A stretch of 64,000 bases of DNA, from contig OZ242033.1 in the NCBI GenBank assembly GCA_965205155.1, positions 2,677,537-2,741,536 on the forward strand, given 5' to 3'. Position numbers and translations under genes: made by a program. Positions 25,506 to 37,100 of this stretch are shown here, piece after piece (position 1 is the first letter of the stretch; each line of letters begins with the position of its first letter). This DNA is from Candidatus Aldehydirespirator sp. GTDB lineage: Bacteria; Actinomycetota; Acidimicrobiia; Acidimicrobiales; Aldehydirespiratoraceae. The notes beneath the pieces were generated by a model. That model had not been told where the DNA came from. It searched no databases and was given only the letters and a program-made list of their open reading frames with translations.

Positions 25506-28500
25506 ATGGAACCCGCCGCGGCCGCTCCCCGGATCGGGGTGGACGTAGGCGGCACCTTCACCGATGTCGCCCTCGAACGCCCGGACGGGACGTTCGCGTC
25601 GATCAAGGTGCTGACCACTCACCAGCGGCCCGAGGAGGCAGTCCTTGCCGGCATATCGACCGTCATTGAGCAGGAGGGCACAACCCTCGGCAGGATCACC
25701 CAGATCATCCACGGCACGACCCTGGCCACCAATGCCCTGATCGAGCGCCGCGGAGCCAGGACGGCACTGGTCACGACGTCTGGATTCCGCGACGTGATCG
25801 AGACCCGCACCGAGAGCCGCTACGAGCAGTACGACCTCAACATCGTGCTCCCGGCGCCCCTGATCGAGCGCAAGGACCGCTTCGTAGTGCCCGAGCGGAT
25901 CGGTGCCCGGGGCGAGGCGCTGCTGCCGTTCGACGATCGGCTCGCCCGAGACGTAGTCACCCGGCTGGTGGAGGGCGGGTACCAGTCGGTGGCGGTCGGG
26001 TTCATGCACAGCTACAGGAACCCGGACCACGAGCGCCGCTTCCGGGAGCTGTTGAGTGAGGCCGATCCCTCGGTGGCGGTGTCGCTGAGTTGCGAGGTCT
26101 CACCCCAGATGCGGGAGTTCGAGCGATTCAACACGGTCTGCGCCAACGCCTACGTGCAGCCCCTGATCGCCTCGTACCTGCGCAGGCTCGAAGCCGAGCT
26201 GCGCCGCATGGGCGCGGCCTGCCCGCTGTTGCTGATCCATTCTGGCGGGGGCCTGATGAGCAGCGAAGCGGCGGCCTCGTTCCCCGTGCGCCTCGTCGAG
26301 TCCGGGCCGGCCGGCGGGGCGATGTTCGCCGCGCACCTGGCCCGGGCCCATCGCCGGGACCGGATCGTCTCCTACGACATGGGGGGCACCACCGCCAAGA
26401 TCGCGCTGATCGAGGACGGCTCGCCCCGCACGGCCAAGACCTTCGAGACGGCCCGTACCGCCCGGTTCAAGAAGGGCAGCGGGATGCCGATCTCGGTGCC
26501 GGCCATCGAGATGATCGAGATCGGCGCGGGCGGCGGGTCGGTCGCCGGGGTCGACACCCTGGGCCAGATCCGGGTAGGGCCGCAGAGCGCGGGAGCCGAT
26601 CCCGGTCCCGCCTGTTACGACCTGGGCGGGACGGCCGCGACCGTGACCGACGCCAACGTGCAGCTCGGGCGGCTGCATCCGGGGAACTTCCTTGCGCCCG
26701 ACATATCGCTGTCGCCGGATCTGGCCGCCACCGCCCTGCGCGACGGCGTGGGGACGCCCCTGGGACTCGATGACGACGACGCCGCGGTGGGTGTGGCCGA
26801 GGTGGTCGACGAGAACATGGCAAACGCAGCCCGAACCCACGCAGTGGAGAGCGGCAAGGACCTGGCCGGCTACTCGATGATCGCCTTCGGAGGGGCCGCG
26901 CCGCTCCATGCCAGCCGCTTGATCGACAAGCTGGGCATGGACGAGGTGCTGGTGCCGGTCGGTGCGGGCGTCGGCTCGGCCATCGGATTCCTGCTCGCTC
27001 CGTTCTCCTACGAGGCCACCCGCAGCTACTACACCACCTCCGAGCACTTCGACACCGGCGGTGTCAGGGCGGTGCTGGCGGAGCTGGCCGCGGAGGCCGA
27101 GGCGTTCGTGCGGACAGGCACCGTTGAGGCGGTTACCGTCGAGCGCGAGGTGCTGATGCGATACCGGGGCCAGGGCTGGGAGATCCCGGTGGCGCTGCCC
27201 CATGGCGACTTCGACGAGATCGCGGCGGGGGAGCTCGCAACCACATTCGTGAAGGCCTACGAAGCCTTCTTCGGGCGAGCCATCGAGGGCCTCGCCATCG
27301 AGGCGGTGAGCTGGTCGGTGCGGGTGTCGTCGAGGCGTGAGCCTCCACAGACGGTCGAGCCGGTCGCGGCCAGCGAACCCCGGAAGGCGGCGGGCACCCG
27401 GCCGGTCTACGACCCGGCCACTGGCACTTGGGTGTCTGCCGCCCTGTTCGACCGGAACACCCTGGCAGTCGGGGACACCATCTCCGGCCCGGCGCTGATT
27501 ACCGAGGACCAGACCACGACGGTGGTCGGATCGGGGCACACCGCGGTAGTCCAACCCGATCTCACGCTGAGGATCTCCCGATCAGACCGGGACGAGATGT
27601 CGCACCAGTCGGCGTCCAGCCGCCGGCAGACCGGCCGCTCCGCCCAGCGCGAGGTCCCCATGCAGATCATGTGGAACCGCCTGGTATCGGTCGTCGAGGA
27701 GCAGGCGCTGACCCTCGTGCGGACCGCGTTCTCGACGTCGGTGCGGGAGGCCGGCGACCTCTCGGCGGGAGTCTTCGACCGCGAGGGCCGCCTGATCGCC
27801 CAGGCCGTCACCGGCACGCCGGGCCACGTAAACACTATGGCCGCGTCGCTGGGCCACTTCATCAACGAGATCGGGACCGAGAGCATGCGCCCCGGCGACG
27901 TGTACCTCACCAACGACCCGTGGAAGGGCACCGGCCACCTCCACGACATCACCGTGGCCACACCGGTGTTCACCAGCGAGGGCTCCGACAAGCAAGCGGA
28001 CGAGCCGGAGGATCTGATCGGCTTCTTCGCCTCCACCGCGCACGTGGTCGACATCGGCGGCCGCGGGTTCGGCCCCGACGCCCGCGAGCTGTACGAGGAG
28101 GGCATCCGCATCCCCATCATGAGGTGGGCCGAGCGGGGCCGGCTCAACCCGGATCTGATCAACATCGTGCGATGCAACGTGCGGGAGCCCGACCAGGTGA
28201 TCGGCGACATCCACGGGCTGGCCGCCTCCAACGAGACCGGTCGCCGGCGGCTGCTGGACATGCTGACCGAGTTCGGCCTGACCGACCTGGAGGAGTTGGC
28301 CGGTTTCGTGTTCGACCGCACCCGGCGGGCCACCCTCGACGCGCTGGAGAGAGTCCCCAACGGCGTCTACCGCAACACGATGCGGGTCGACGGCTACGGC
28401 GACCCGGTCACCCTGACCGCCGCGGTGACCGTCTCCGACGAGGGCATGCACGCCGACTTCACCGGGACATCGCCGGTCAGCCCGTTCGGGATCAACGTCC

Positions 28501-29279
28501 CCATCACCTACGCGCAGGCGTACTTCACCTACGGGATGCTGGTGGCGCTGGCCCCAGAGCTGCCCAACAACTACGCCTCCCTGCTGCCCTTCACGGTGAG
28601 CGCGCCGCCGGGCGCCATCCTCAACGCGGTGGAGCCCCACCCGGTGGCGATCCGCCACGTGATCGGCCACTTCGTCACCGACCTGTGCCTGGGCGCCATC
28701 GCTCAGGCCCTGCCCGATGTCGTTCCGGCCGAGGGCTCCGGGGCGCTGTGGAACTTCCAGGCCAGCGCCCGCAGCGCTGATCCGACCGACCCTCGGCCGC
28801 CGGTGGAGATGCTGATGTTCAACAGCGGGGGCAGCGGCGCCCGGCCCAGCCGCGACGGGCTCACCGCCACCGCCTTCCCGTCGGGTGTGAGGACCATGAG
28901 CGTGGAGGCCACCGAGCAGGTCGGCCCGATAGTCATCTGGCGCAAGGAGATCCGTGAGAACACCGGCGGTGCCGGCCGGTACCGGGGCGGTCTGGGCCAG
29001 GTCATCGAGATCGCCCCGGCCGACGGCTACCTGTTCGAGTTCTCGGCCATGTTCGACCGGGTCGACAACCCGGCCCGGGGCCGGTCGGGCGGCCTCGACG
29101 GCGCCCGCGGCGGGGTGCGCCTCGACGACGGCACACCCTTCGGGTCGAAGGGCAAGCAGACGGTGCCCGCGGGCCGGCGGCTGATCCTGGAGCTCCCCGG
29201 CGGCGGCGGTTTCGGCGACCCGGGCGAGCGAGACCCGGCCGCGGCGGCCGACGACCTGGCCCAGGGCTACGTGTCTTGA
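25506..29279 (+). CDS. Fused hydantoinase A/B (5-oxoprolinase-like ATP-dependent lactamase)
   Basis: A half: GVDVGGTFTD, HGTTLATNA, ESGPAGG, DMGGTT. B half: RTAFSTSVRE, NDPWKGTGHLHD, GGAGRYRGG, PGGGGFG. Confidence 0.9.
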   Translation: MEPAAAAPRIGVDVGGTFTDVALERPDGTFASIKVLTTHQRPEEAVLAGISTVIEQEGTTLGRITQIIHGTTLATNALIERRGARTALVTTSGFRDVIETRTESRYEQYDLNIVLPAPLIERKDRFVVPERIGARGEALLPFDDRLARDVVTRLVEGGYQSVAVGFMHSYRNPDHERRFRELLSEADPSVAVSLSCEVSPQMREFERFNTVCANAYVQPLIASYLRRLEAELRRMGAACPLLLIHSGGGLMSSEAAASFPVRLVESGPAGGAMFAAHLARAHRRDRIVSYDMGGTTAKIALIEDGSPRTAKTFETARTARFKKGSGMPISVPAIEMIEIGAGGGSVAGVDTLGQIRVGPQSAGADPGPACYDLGGTAATVTDANVQLGRLHPGNFLAPDISLSPDLAATALRDGVGTPLGLDDDDAAVGVAEVVDENMANAARTHAVESGKDLAGYSMIAFGGAAPLHASRLIDKLGMDEVLVPVGAGVGSAIGFLLAPFSYEATRSYYTTSEHFDTGGVRAVLAELAAEAEAFVRTGTVEAVTVEREVLMRYRGQGWEIPVALPHGDFDEIAAGELATTFVKAYEAFFGRAIEGLAIEAVSWSVRVSSRREPPQTVEPVAASEPRKAAGTRPVYDPATGTWVSAALFDRNTLAVGDTISGPALITEDQTTTVVGSGHTAVVQPDLTLRISRSDRDEMSHQSASSRRQTGRSAQREVPMQIMWNRLVSVVEEQALTLVRTAFSTSVREAGDLSAGVFDREGRLIAQAVTGTPGHVNTMAASLGHFINEIGTESMRPGDVYLTNDPWKGTGHLHDITVATPVFTSEGSDKQADEPEDLIGFFASTAHVVDIGGRGFGPDARELYEEGIRIPIMRWAERGRLNPDLINIVRCNVREPDQVIGDIHGLAASNETGRRRLLDMLTEFGLTDLEELAGFVFDRTRRATLDALERVPNGVYRNTMRVDGYGDPVTLTAAVTVSDEGMHADFTGTSPVSPFGINVPITYAQAYFTYGMLVALAPELPNNYASLLPFTVSAPPGAILNAVEPHPVAIRHVIGHFVTDLCLGAIAQALPDVVPAEGSGALWNFQASARSADPTDPRPPVEMLMFNSGGSGARPSRDGLTATAFPSGVRTMSVEATEQVGPIVIWRKEIRENTGGAGRYRGGLGQVIEIAPADGYLFEFSAMFDRVDNPARGRSGGLDGARGGVRLDDGTPFGSKGKQTVPAGRRLILELPGGGGFGDPGERDPAAAADDLAQGYVS

Positions 29280-30457
29280 AGAAGCCCTACGACGTCGTGA
29301 TCGTGGGCGGGGCGGTCATGGGGTCCTCGGTCGCCTTCTTCCTGTCGCGCAATCCCGACTTCGGCGGGTCCATCCTGGTGGTGGAGCGAGACCCGTCGTA
29401 TGTGAACAGCTCCACGGCCCGCACCAACAGCTGCATGCGCCAGCAGTTCTCCACCGAGGTGAACATCCGCATCTCGCAGTTCGGTGCCGAGTTCGTGCGC
29501 GATTTCCGGAACTGGATGGGCGACCCGGAGGCGCCCGAGGTGCCCGTCAACCACTTCGGCTACATGTATCTCGCCGCGGACGAGGCTGCTGCAGCAGTGC
29601 TGGAGGCCAACCAGCAGGTGCAGGCCTCTCTCGGGGCCGGCACGGTGATCATGACCCCCGCCCAGATCGCGGCCGCCTACCCGTTCTACAACGTCGACGA
29701 CATCGTGTGCGGCAGCCACAACCTCGTCGACGAGGGCTGGTGGGACTCCGGGACGGTGTTCGACTGGTGGCGGCGCCAGGCCCGCCGCAACGGCGTCACC
29801 TATGTCACCGACGAGGTGGTCGGCATCGACCGCTCCGGAGACACCGTGACCGGGGTGGAGCTGGCGTCCGGTGACTGCGTCGGCTGCGGTGCGCTGGTCA
29901 ACGCCACCGGTCCGCGAGCGGCCCGTACCGCGGCCATGGCCGGCCTCGAAGTGCCGGTAGAACCCCGCAAGCGGTTCACATGGATCTTCGAGGCGGCCGA
30001 GCCGCTGGAGCGGGACCTGCCCCTGACCATCGACCCGAGTGGAGTGCACGTGCGCAGCGACGGCGCGGCCTACATGACCGGGTGCCCGCCCGACGTCGAC
30101 CCCCCGGCCGCCTTCGACGACTTCGACATGGACCACGACATCTTCGAGGACAAGGTGTGGCCCGTCCTGGCGAACCGGGTTCCCGCCTTCGAGCGCATCA
30201 AGGTCACCAGCCGCTGGGCCGGGCACTACGCCTACAACTACTTCGACCACAACGCGGTGGTCGGACCCCACACCGAGGTGCGGAACTTCTTCTTCGTCAA
30301 CGGCTTCTCCGGCCACGGCATCCAGCAGTCGCCGGCCATGGGGCGGGCCGTGGCCGAGCTGCTGTGCTACGGCGAGTACCGCACGCTCGACCTGTCGGAG
30401 CTCGGCTACGAGCGCATTGACCGGAGCGAGCCGTTCGTGGAGACGGCCATCATCTGA
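29276..30457 (+). CDS. FAD-dependent oxidoreductase (DAO/sarcosine oxidase beta-like)
   Basis: IVGGAVMG, RQQFST, WAGHY, NGFSGHGIQQSP; TTG overlaps the upstream stop. Confidence 0.85.
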   Translation: MKKPYDVVIVGGAVMGSSVAFFLSRNPDFGGSILVVERDPSYVNSSTARTNSCMRQQFSTEVNIRISQFGAEFVRDFRNWMGDPEAPEVPVNHFGYMYLAADEAAAAVLEANQQVQASLGAGTVIMTPAQIAAAYPFYNVDDIVCGSHNLVDEGWWDSGTVFDWWRRQARRNGVTYVTDEVVGIDRSGDTVTGVELASGDCVGCGALVNATGPRAARTAAMAGLEVPVEPRKRFTWIFEAAEPLERDLPLTIDPSGVHVRSDGAAYMTGCPPDVDPPAAFDDFDMDHDIFEDKVWPVLANRVPAFERIKVTSRWAGHYAYNYFDHNAVVGPHTEVRNFFFVNGFSGHGIQQSPAMGRAVAELLCYGEYRTLDLSELGYERIDRSEPFVETAII

Positions 30458-30507
30458 GAACGTCCATCGTCGGGGCCTGGCCCGTCTCGCAACTACCATG
30501 CCGACGA

Positions 30508-31362
30508 GTGAGTGCCTTCGTCGTCATCGCGGGGATGTCGGGAGCGGGCCGCAGCCACGCCGCCAACAACCTCGAGGACCTCGGCTGGTTCGTGATGGAC
30601 AACCTGCCGCCGTCGCTCATCGGCAAGGTGGCCGATCTGGCCGGGGCGCCCGGGGCGGGCATCGACCGGCTCGCCCTGGTGGTGGGCACCGGCCGCTACC
30701 ACGACGAGATCGTCGGCATGATCGACGGCCTGAGGGAGGGGTTCGACGGGCTGCGGATCCTGTTCCTCGACGCGACCACCGACGCCCTCGTCCGCCGCTA
30801 CGAGTCCACCCGCCGGCGGCACCCGTTCTCCGAGGCCGGGACGGGCACCCTGGCCGAGGCCATCGAGGCCGAGCGGTCGGCGCTGGAACCGGTGCGGGCC
30901 ACCGCCGACGTGGTCATCGACACCTCGGATCTGAACATCCACCAGCTGCGTGAGCGGATGGCCGAGCTGTTCGGCGTCGGCGAGGGCCAGACCATGCGGA
31001 TCACGGTGCTGTCGTTCGGCTACACCCACGGCATCCCCCTCGACGTGGACATCGTGATCGACTGCCGGTTCCTGCCCAACCCCCACTATGTCGACGAGCT
31101 ACGGCCCCTGAGCGGGCTCGACGCGGAGGTGTCCGACTACGTGATGCAGCAGCCGGTGACGGGTGAGTTCCTGGCGCGCCTGGAATCGCTGCTGGAGCTG
31201 CTGGTGCCCCAGTACGTGGCCGAGGGCAAGTCGTACCTGACGGTGGCCTTCGGCTGCACCGGCGGGCGGCATCGCTCGGTGGCCGTGACCGCACATTTCG
31301 CCGGGGTGCTGGGCGCGATGGGCCACGAGCCGGCGGTGGTCCATCGCGACATCGACAAGTAG
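30508..31362 (+). CDS. rapZ: RNase adapter RapZ / YvcJ P-loop protein
   Basis: GMSGAGRS, DNLPP, TRRRHP, DCRFLPNP, GCTGGRHRSV, HRDI. Confidence 0.95.
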   Translation: MSAFVVIAGMSGAGRSHAANNLEDLGWFVMDNLPPSLIGKVADLAGAPGAGIDRLALVVGTGRYHDEIVGMIDGLREGFDGLRILFLDATTDALVRRYESTRRRHPFSEAGTGTLAEAIEAERSALEPVRATADVVIDTSDLNIHQLRERMAELFGVGEGQTMRITVLSFGYTHGIPLDVDIVIDCRFLPNPHYVDELRPLSGLDAEVSDYVMQQPVTGEFLARLESLLELLVPQYVAEGKSYLTVAFGCTGGRHRSVAVTAHFAGVLGAMGHEPAVVHRDIDK

Positions 31363-31412
31363 GCACCGGACATTCCCCCGGACGCCGCCCGGCCCGGCCT
31401 AGCCTCTGCGCC

Positions 31413-32423
<1,011 letters not shown>

Positions 32424-32471
32424 GATGACGCCGAACGGCCGACCAGCGCCCGTCCCGCACGCTCCGCCCAC

Positions 32472-32518
32472 TTCTTGACGTAGTTGTTCGCACTGTGGCA
32501 GCACAACTACGTCAAGAA
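32472..32518. repeat. AT-rich palindrome with perfect 16-bp arms between gap and pgk
   Basis: TTCTTGACGTAGTTGT-N15-ACAACTACGTCAAGAA. Confidence 0.85.
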
Positions 32519-32580
32519 CGAAGATCCTCGGCGGACCCGGCGTCTGTCGCCCCGCCGACCGGCAGCTGAGCGCGCCAGTC

Positions 32581-33754
32581 GTGCGCCGACTGCCCTCTTT
32601 GGAGGATCTGGGTCCGCTGGAGGGCCGCTCGGTGCTGGTGCGGGTCGACTTCAACGTGCCGCTGGCCGACGTAACCTGCGGCTCGGGTCCGCAAGTGGCT
32701 GACGACCTGCGCATCCGGGCCGCGCTGCCCACGCTGCGACAGCTCCAGCGACAGGGGGCCGCCGTGACGGCCTGCACCCATCTCGGCCGTCCCGACGGGC
32801 GGCCCGATCCTCGATACTCGGTCGAGCCGGTCCGAGCTGTACTGGCCTCGCTGGCCCCGGGTGTGGAACTGCTCGAGAACCTGCGCTTCGATCCGGGCGA
32901 GACGGCCAACGACCCTGCCTTCGTCGAGCGTCTGGCTGCGGGTCATGACGCCTACGTGAACGACGCCTTCGGGGCGTCGCACCGGGCTCATGCCTCCATC
33001 GTGGGCCCGCCCCGATGGCTGCCGGCGGCTGCAGGCCGGCTCATGGCCCGGGAGGTGGAGGTCCTCGGCGGGCTGCGGGACTCGCCCCGGCGACCCTTTG
33101 TGGCGGTGCTGGGCGGGGCCAAGGTGTCCGACAAGCTGGGAGTGATCGACGCTCTGCTCCAGATGGTGGACTCCCTGGTGATCGGCGGGGCCATGTGCTT
33201 CACGTTCCTGAAGGCCAGGGGGCATCGGGTGGGCTCGTCGCTGTGTGAGGACTCGATGGTCGATCGCTGCCGGGAGATGCTCGCCGGCGATACGCCCATC
33301 CACCTGCCCTACGACCTGACCGCGCTGGGTCCCGGCGGGGTGCTGGGCGATCCCGGCGCCGGCGGGGAGGTCCGCCAGATCGGGGCCGATGTGCCCGACG
33401 GGTGGATGGGGGTGGACATCGGCCCGGGCAGCGCAGCCGCCTTCGGCGATGTGATCCACGAGGCCGGAACGGTGCTGTGGAACGGCCCGATGGGCGTGTT
33501 CGAGGATCCCCGCTTCGGCGGCGGGACCGGGGCAGTGGCGGCGGCCACGGCCGAGACCCGGGCGTTCACCGTGGTGGGCGGGGGCGACAGCGCGGCCGCG
33601 GCCCGCCGTTTCGGGGTCGACCGCGACATGGACCACGTGTCCACCGGCGGGGGCGCTTCACTGGAGCTGATCGAGAAGGGCGACCTGCCGGGACTGGCCG
33701 CGCTGAGGCGAGGGAACGCAACAGGAGACGAAGGAAACGGGGAGGGACGCGCCG

Positions 33755-33765
<11 letters not shown>
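32581..33765 (+). CDS. pgk: Phosphoglycerate kinase
   Basis: RVDFNVP, HLGRP, LENLRF, NDAFG, WNGPMGVFE, STGGGASLE. Confidence 0.97.
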
Positions 33766-34579
<814 letters not shown>

Positions 34580-34621
34580 GAACAGGCGGCGCCGGGAGCA
34601 CTCACTGCTAGCCTCGACGCC

Positions 34622-34846
34622 GTGATCTGGTTCGTCGCCCCGCTGCACGTGCTGTCGGCGCTGCTGCTGGTGTTCCTCGTGCTGCTGCACAGCGGCAAGG
34701 GCGGGGGCCTGTCGGACATGTTCGGCGGCGGGCTCGGCGCCCAGGCGGCCGGTTCCACGGTGGTGGAGCGCAATCTCGACCGGATCACCGTGGTCGCCGC
34801 GCTGGTCTTCGCCTTCGCGTCGATCTCCTACGCCCTGATCATCTGA
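34622..34846 (+). CDS. secG: Preprotein translocase subunit SecG
   Basis: LLHSGKGGGLSDMFGG..ERNLDRIT; follows tpiA. Confidence 0.95.
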   Translation: MIWFVAPLHVLSALLLVFLVLLHSGKGGGLSDMFGGGLGAQAAGSTVVERNLDRITVVAALVFAFASISYALII

Positions 34847-34873
34847 GCGCCGCCGGCGAGCGGACGTCGTCGG

Positions 34874-35557
34874 TCAGTTGACGCTGAACGCGGCGATGTA
34901 GGCGAAGTGGTTGGCGTTGCTGTCGTCGGCGTCCTCGTACACCTTGAGCAACTGCGCTTCCAGATCGCCGATGACGCCGTCAGCGGCGTAGCGCTCGAGA
35001 CGAGTCTTGTAGCCGTTGGACTCGAAGATCGAGGCGTTGATGCCGATCACGCCGACGGAGCCGGGCCGGACCACCCGCAGCAGCTCCACCAGCGCGTCGG
35101 GCCCGAGGTGCCCATGGGTGAAGACACCGGAGCTGACCAGGCCCGAGTAGCTGTCGGTTCCCAGGTCGATGGAACCGGTGAGATCGGCTTCCAAGAGTTG
35201 CCGGTAGGAGGGTGCGCCCCCCGGTCCTGTCATGGTCCCGGCCTCGGCCAGCATCTCCGGCGAGATGTCGATCCCGTCGACCGGCGAGATCCCGAGCCGG
35301 GACAGCTCCCATCCCAAGCGGCCCGTGCCGCATCCTGCGTCGAGCACCGGTTCGCCTACAGCCGACGACCGTTCGGCGAACATCTCGGCCACCTGCCGTG
35401 CGTAGATGTAGCTGTAGTCGTCGAGGAACTGCTCGTAGGTGGCCGCCCACCTCGCGTACAGCTCCCGGTTGTCATCCGGGCTCTTCACCGCGTACGCAGC
35501 CTTCAACAACGCCGCCCGCTCGTCCCCGGACTCCTGGGGTGAATGCTCATCAGTCAC
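34874..35557 (-). CDS. Class I SAM-dependent methyltransferase
   Basis: YARWAATY, VLDAGCGTG, GIDISPEML, GVFTHGH; TAGGTT 7 nt before GTG 35557. Confidence 0.85.
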   Translation of the reverse strand: MTDEHSPQESGDERAALLKAAYAVKSPDDNRELYARWAATYEQFLDDYSYIYARQVAEMFAERSSAVGEPVLDAGCGTGRLGWELSRLGISPVDGIDISPEMLAEAGTMTGPGGAPSYRQLLEADLTGSIDLGTDSYSGLVSSGVFTHGHLGPDALVELLRVVRPGSVGVIGINASIFESNGYKTRLERYAADGVIGDLEAQLLKVYEDADDSNANHFAYIAAFSVN

Positions 35558-35760
35558 TGGCCAGAACCTAATGCTCACGTCGCAGGGGCGCCGTCCCGTC
35601 GCCGAGGTTGAAATCAGCTCGAACCGCAAGCGTGCCTCGGCCATTGAGTTGCCGGATGAGAGCGATGTTAAGTTCCTTCCTCCAGGTGGTGTGCAGGCCT
35701 TGTGAACGGCAGTGGCCGTGCCGTATGTCTCGGACGGGTGCCAAGTGCCGCGGGCCGTAG

Positions 35761-35934
35761 CTAGGCGGGCTGAGCGGGGCGGCGGGTCTCCCACTCGGCT
35801 AGCTGGCGGCGCACCCGGTCGATGTCTTCGGGGCTGACCGGCCGCGAGATCGAGACGTTGTCGTCGCCCGCCTTGACGGTGAAGTGGAAGCGTCCGGAGT
35901 GGCCGGAGGCACGGCCACTGGCGTTCTCGCTCAT
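35761..35934 (-). CDS. Small hypothetical protein (57 aa)
   Basis: Below the ORF-track cutoff; AAGGAG RBS, ATG 2 nt after the upstream TAA; MSENASGRASGHSGRFHFTVKAGDDNVSISRPVSPEDIDRVRRQLAEWETRRPAQPA. Confidence 0.6.
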   Translation of the reverse strand: MSENASGRASGHSGRFHFTVKAGDDNVSISRPVSPEDIDRVRRQLAEWETRRPAQPA

Positions 35935-35936
35935 GA

Positions 35937-36224
35937 TTACTCCTTCGGTGGTCTCGGGGGTATCCGCCCGTGTGTTTGCTCGTACCGGTCGATGTTGGCC
36001 GACATGGCCTGAACGATCCGGAACATGGCGCTGGTCGGGATCTTCATCCGCGCCACCACCAGCACGTCGTGGGCTTCGCCGTCGTGGGTCGGCGAGCGGT
36101 GCGATGTGAAATCAACCGTGAACTCATGCGGGGTGTTCCACACCAGTGCGCCGTTGGCGTAGGTGCCTCCCATGGGAACCGACTCACTGAATGTGACATC
36201 CATGACTATATCATCTGATGCCAT
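35937..36224 (-). CDS. DUF3467-like protein
   Basis: GGTYANGALVWNTPHEFTVDF..VVARMKIP..NIDRYEQTHGRI; TACAAT 7 nt before ATG 36224. Confidence 0.75.
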   Translation of the reverse strand: MASDDIVMDVTFSESVPMGGTYANGALVWNTPHEFTVDFTSHRSPTHDGEAHDVLVVARMKIPTSAMFRIVQAMSANIDRYEQTHGRIPPRPPKE

Positions 36225-36370
36225 GTTGTGTATTGTACAGTGCTGACAGCCACATGCGCAACATGTCCACGAAACCGCTCGGGTTGGTGCGGCAACGACC
36301 GTGATGGAATAGCGGACGACTTCCCACCGTTCGCAACACTGCTCGAGCGAGGAGCGAGGAGTGCCGCCGG

Positions 36371-37006
36371 ATGACGCTGACGACACCGACAGATCGCAAC
36401 GCTGCCGTTGCCCGGCAGAGGTGGCTCACTACCGTCACCATCGGCTGGAACAGCCTCGAGGGAGTGGTGGCCATCGCCGCCGGCATCGCCGCGGGGTCGG
36501 TCAGCCTGATCGGCTTCGGCCTCGACTCCGGTATCGAGGTGTCGGCCGCGCTGATCCTGGCGTGGCGGCTGGCCCAGGAACGCCGCACGGGCTGCAAGCA
36601 GGACGTCGACAAGCGGGCCCAGCGCCTGATCGCGGTGAGCTTCGCCGCGCTGGCCCTCTACGTGGGCGTCGAGTCGATACGCGACCTGGCAATGGCCGAC
36701 CGGCCCGACGAGTCGCCGGTCGGGATCGTGATGGCCGCCCTGTCGCTGGTGGTCATGCCGTTCCTGGCCCGGGCCAAGCGCAGGCTGGCTCCGCTGATGG
36801 GATCGCGGGCCGTTGACGTCGAGGCGAAGCAGACCCTCCTGTGCGCCTTCCTGTCGGGCGCGCTGCTGGTTGGGCTGTCCGCCAACGCGGCCCTGGGATG
36901 GTGGTGGGCCGACCCGCTGGCCGGGCTGTTCATCGCCGGCGCGGCCGGCTACGAGACCGTGAACACCTGGCGGGCCGACTCCCTCGAAGACACCTGCTGC
37001 GCCTAG
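36371..37006 (+). CDS. Cation efflux (CDF-related) transporter, transmembrane domain only
   Basis: WNSLEG, GFGLDSGIE, WWWADP, terminal CC; RBS GAGGAG. Confidence 0.8.
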   Translation: MTLTTPTDRNAAVARQRWLTTVTIGWNSLEGVVAIAAGIAAGSVSLIGFGLDSGIEVSAALILAWRLAQERRTGCKQDVDKRAQRLIAVSFAALALYVGVESIRDLAMADRPDESPVGIVMAALSLVVMPFLARAKRRLAPLMGSRAVDVEAKQTLLCAFLSGALLVGLSANAALGWWWADPLAGLFIAGAAGYETVNTWRADSLEDTCCA

Positions 37007-37100
37007 AGGCCGCGCTCAACCTGCGGGGAGCGACTTCAGCATCCGTCGCATGCCGGAGTGCCTACGCCCCGGCCGTAGGCTGACTCGACGAGGAGCCCTG

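Noticed and set aside
35560-35760. Short minus-strand ORF downstream of the 57-aa gene
   Set aside because: No RBS and no recognisable motif; cannot be supported.
36240-36370. Possible metal-sensing riboswitch or ArsR remnant before the cation transporter
   Set aside because: No NiCo or yybP-ykoY consensus and no convincing ORF could be recognised.
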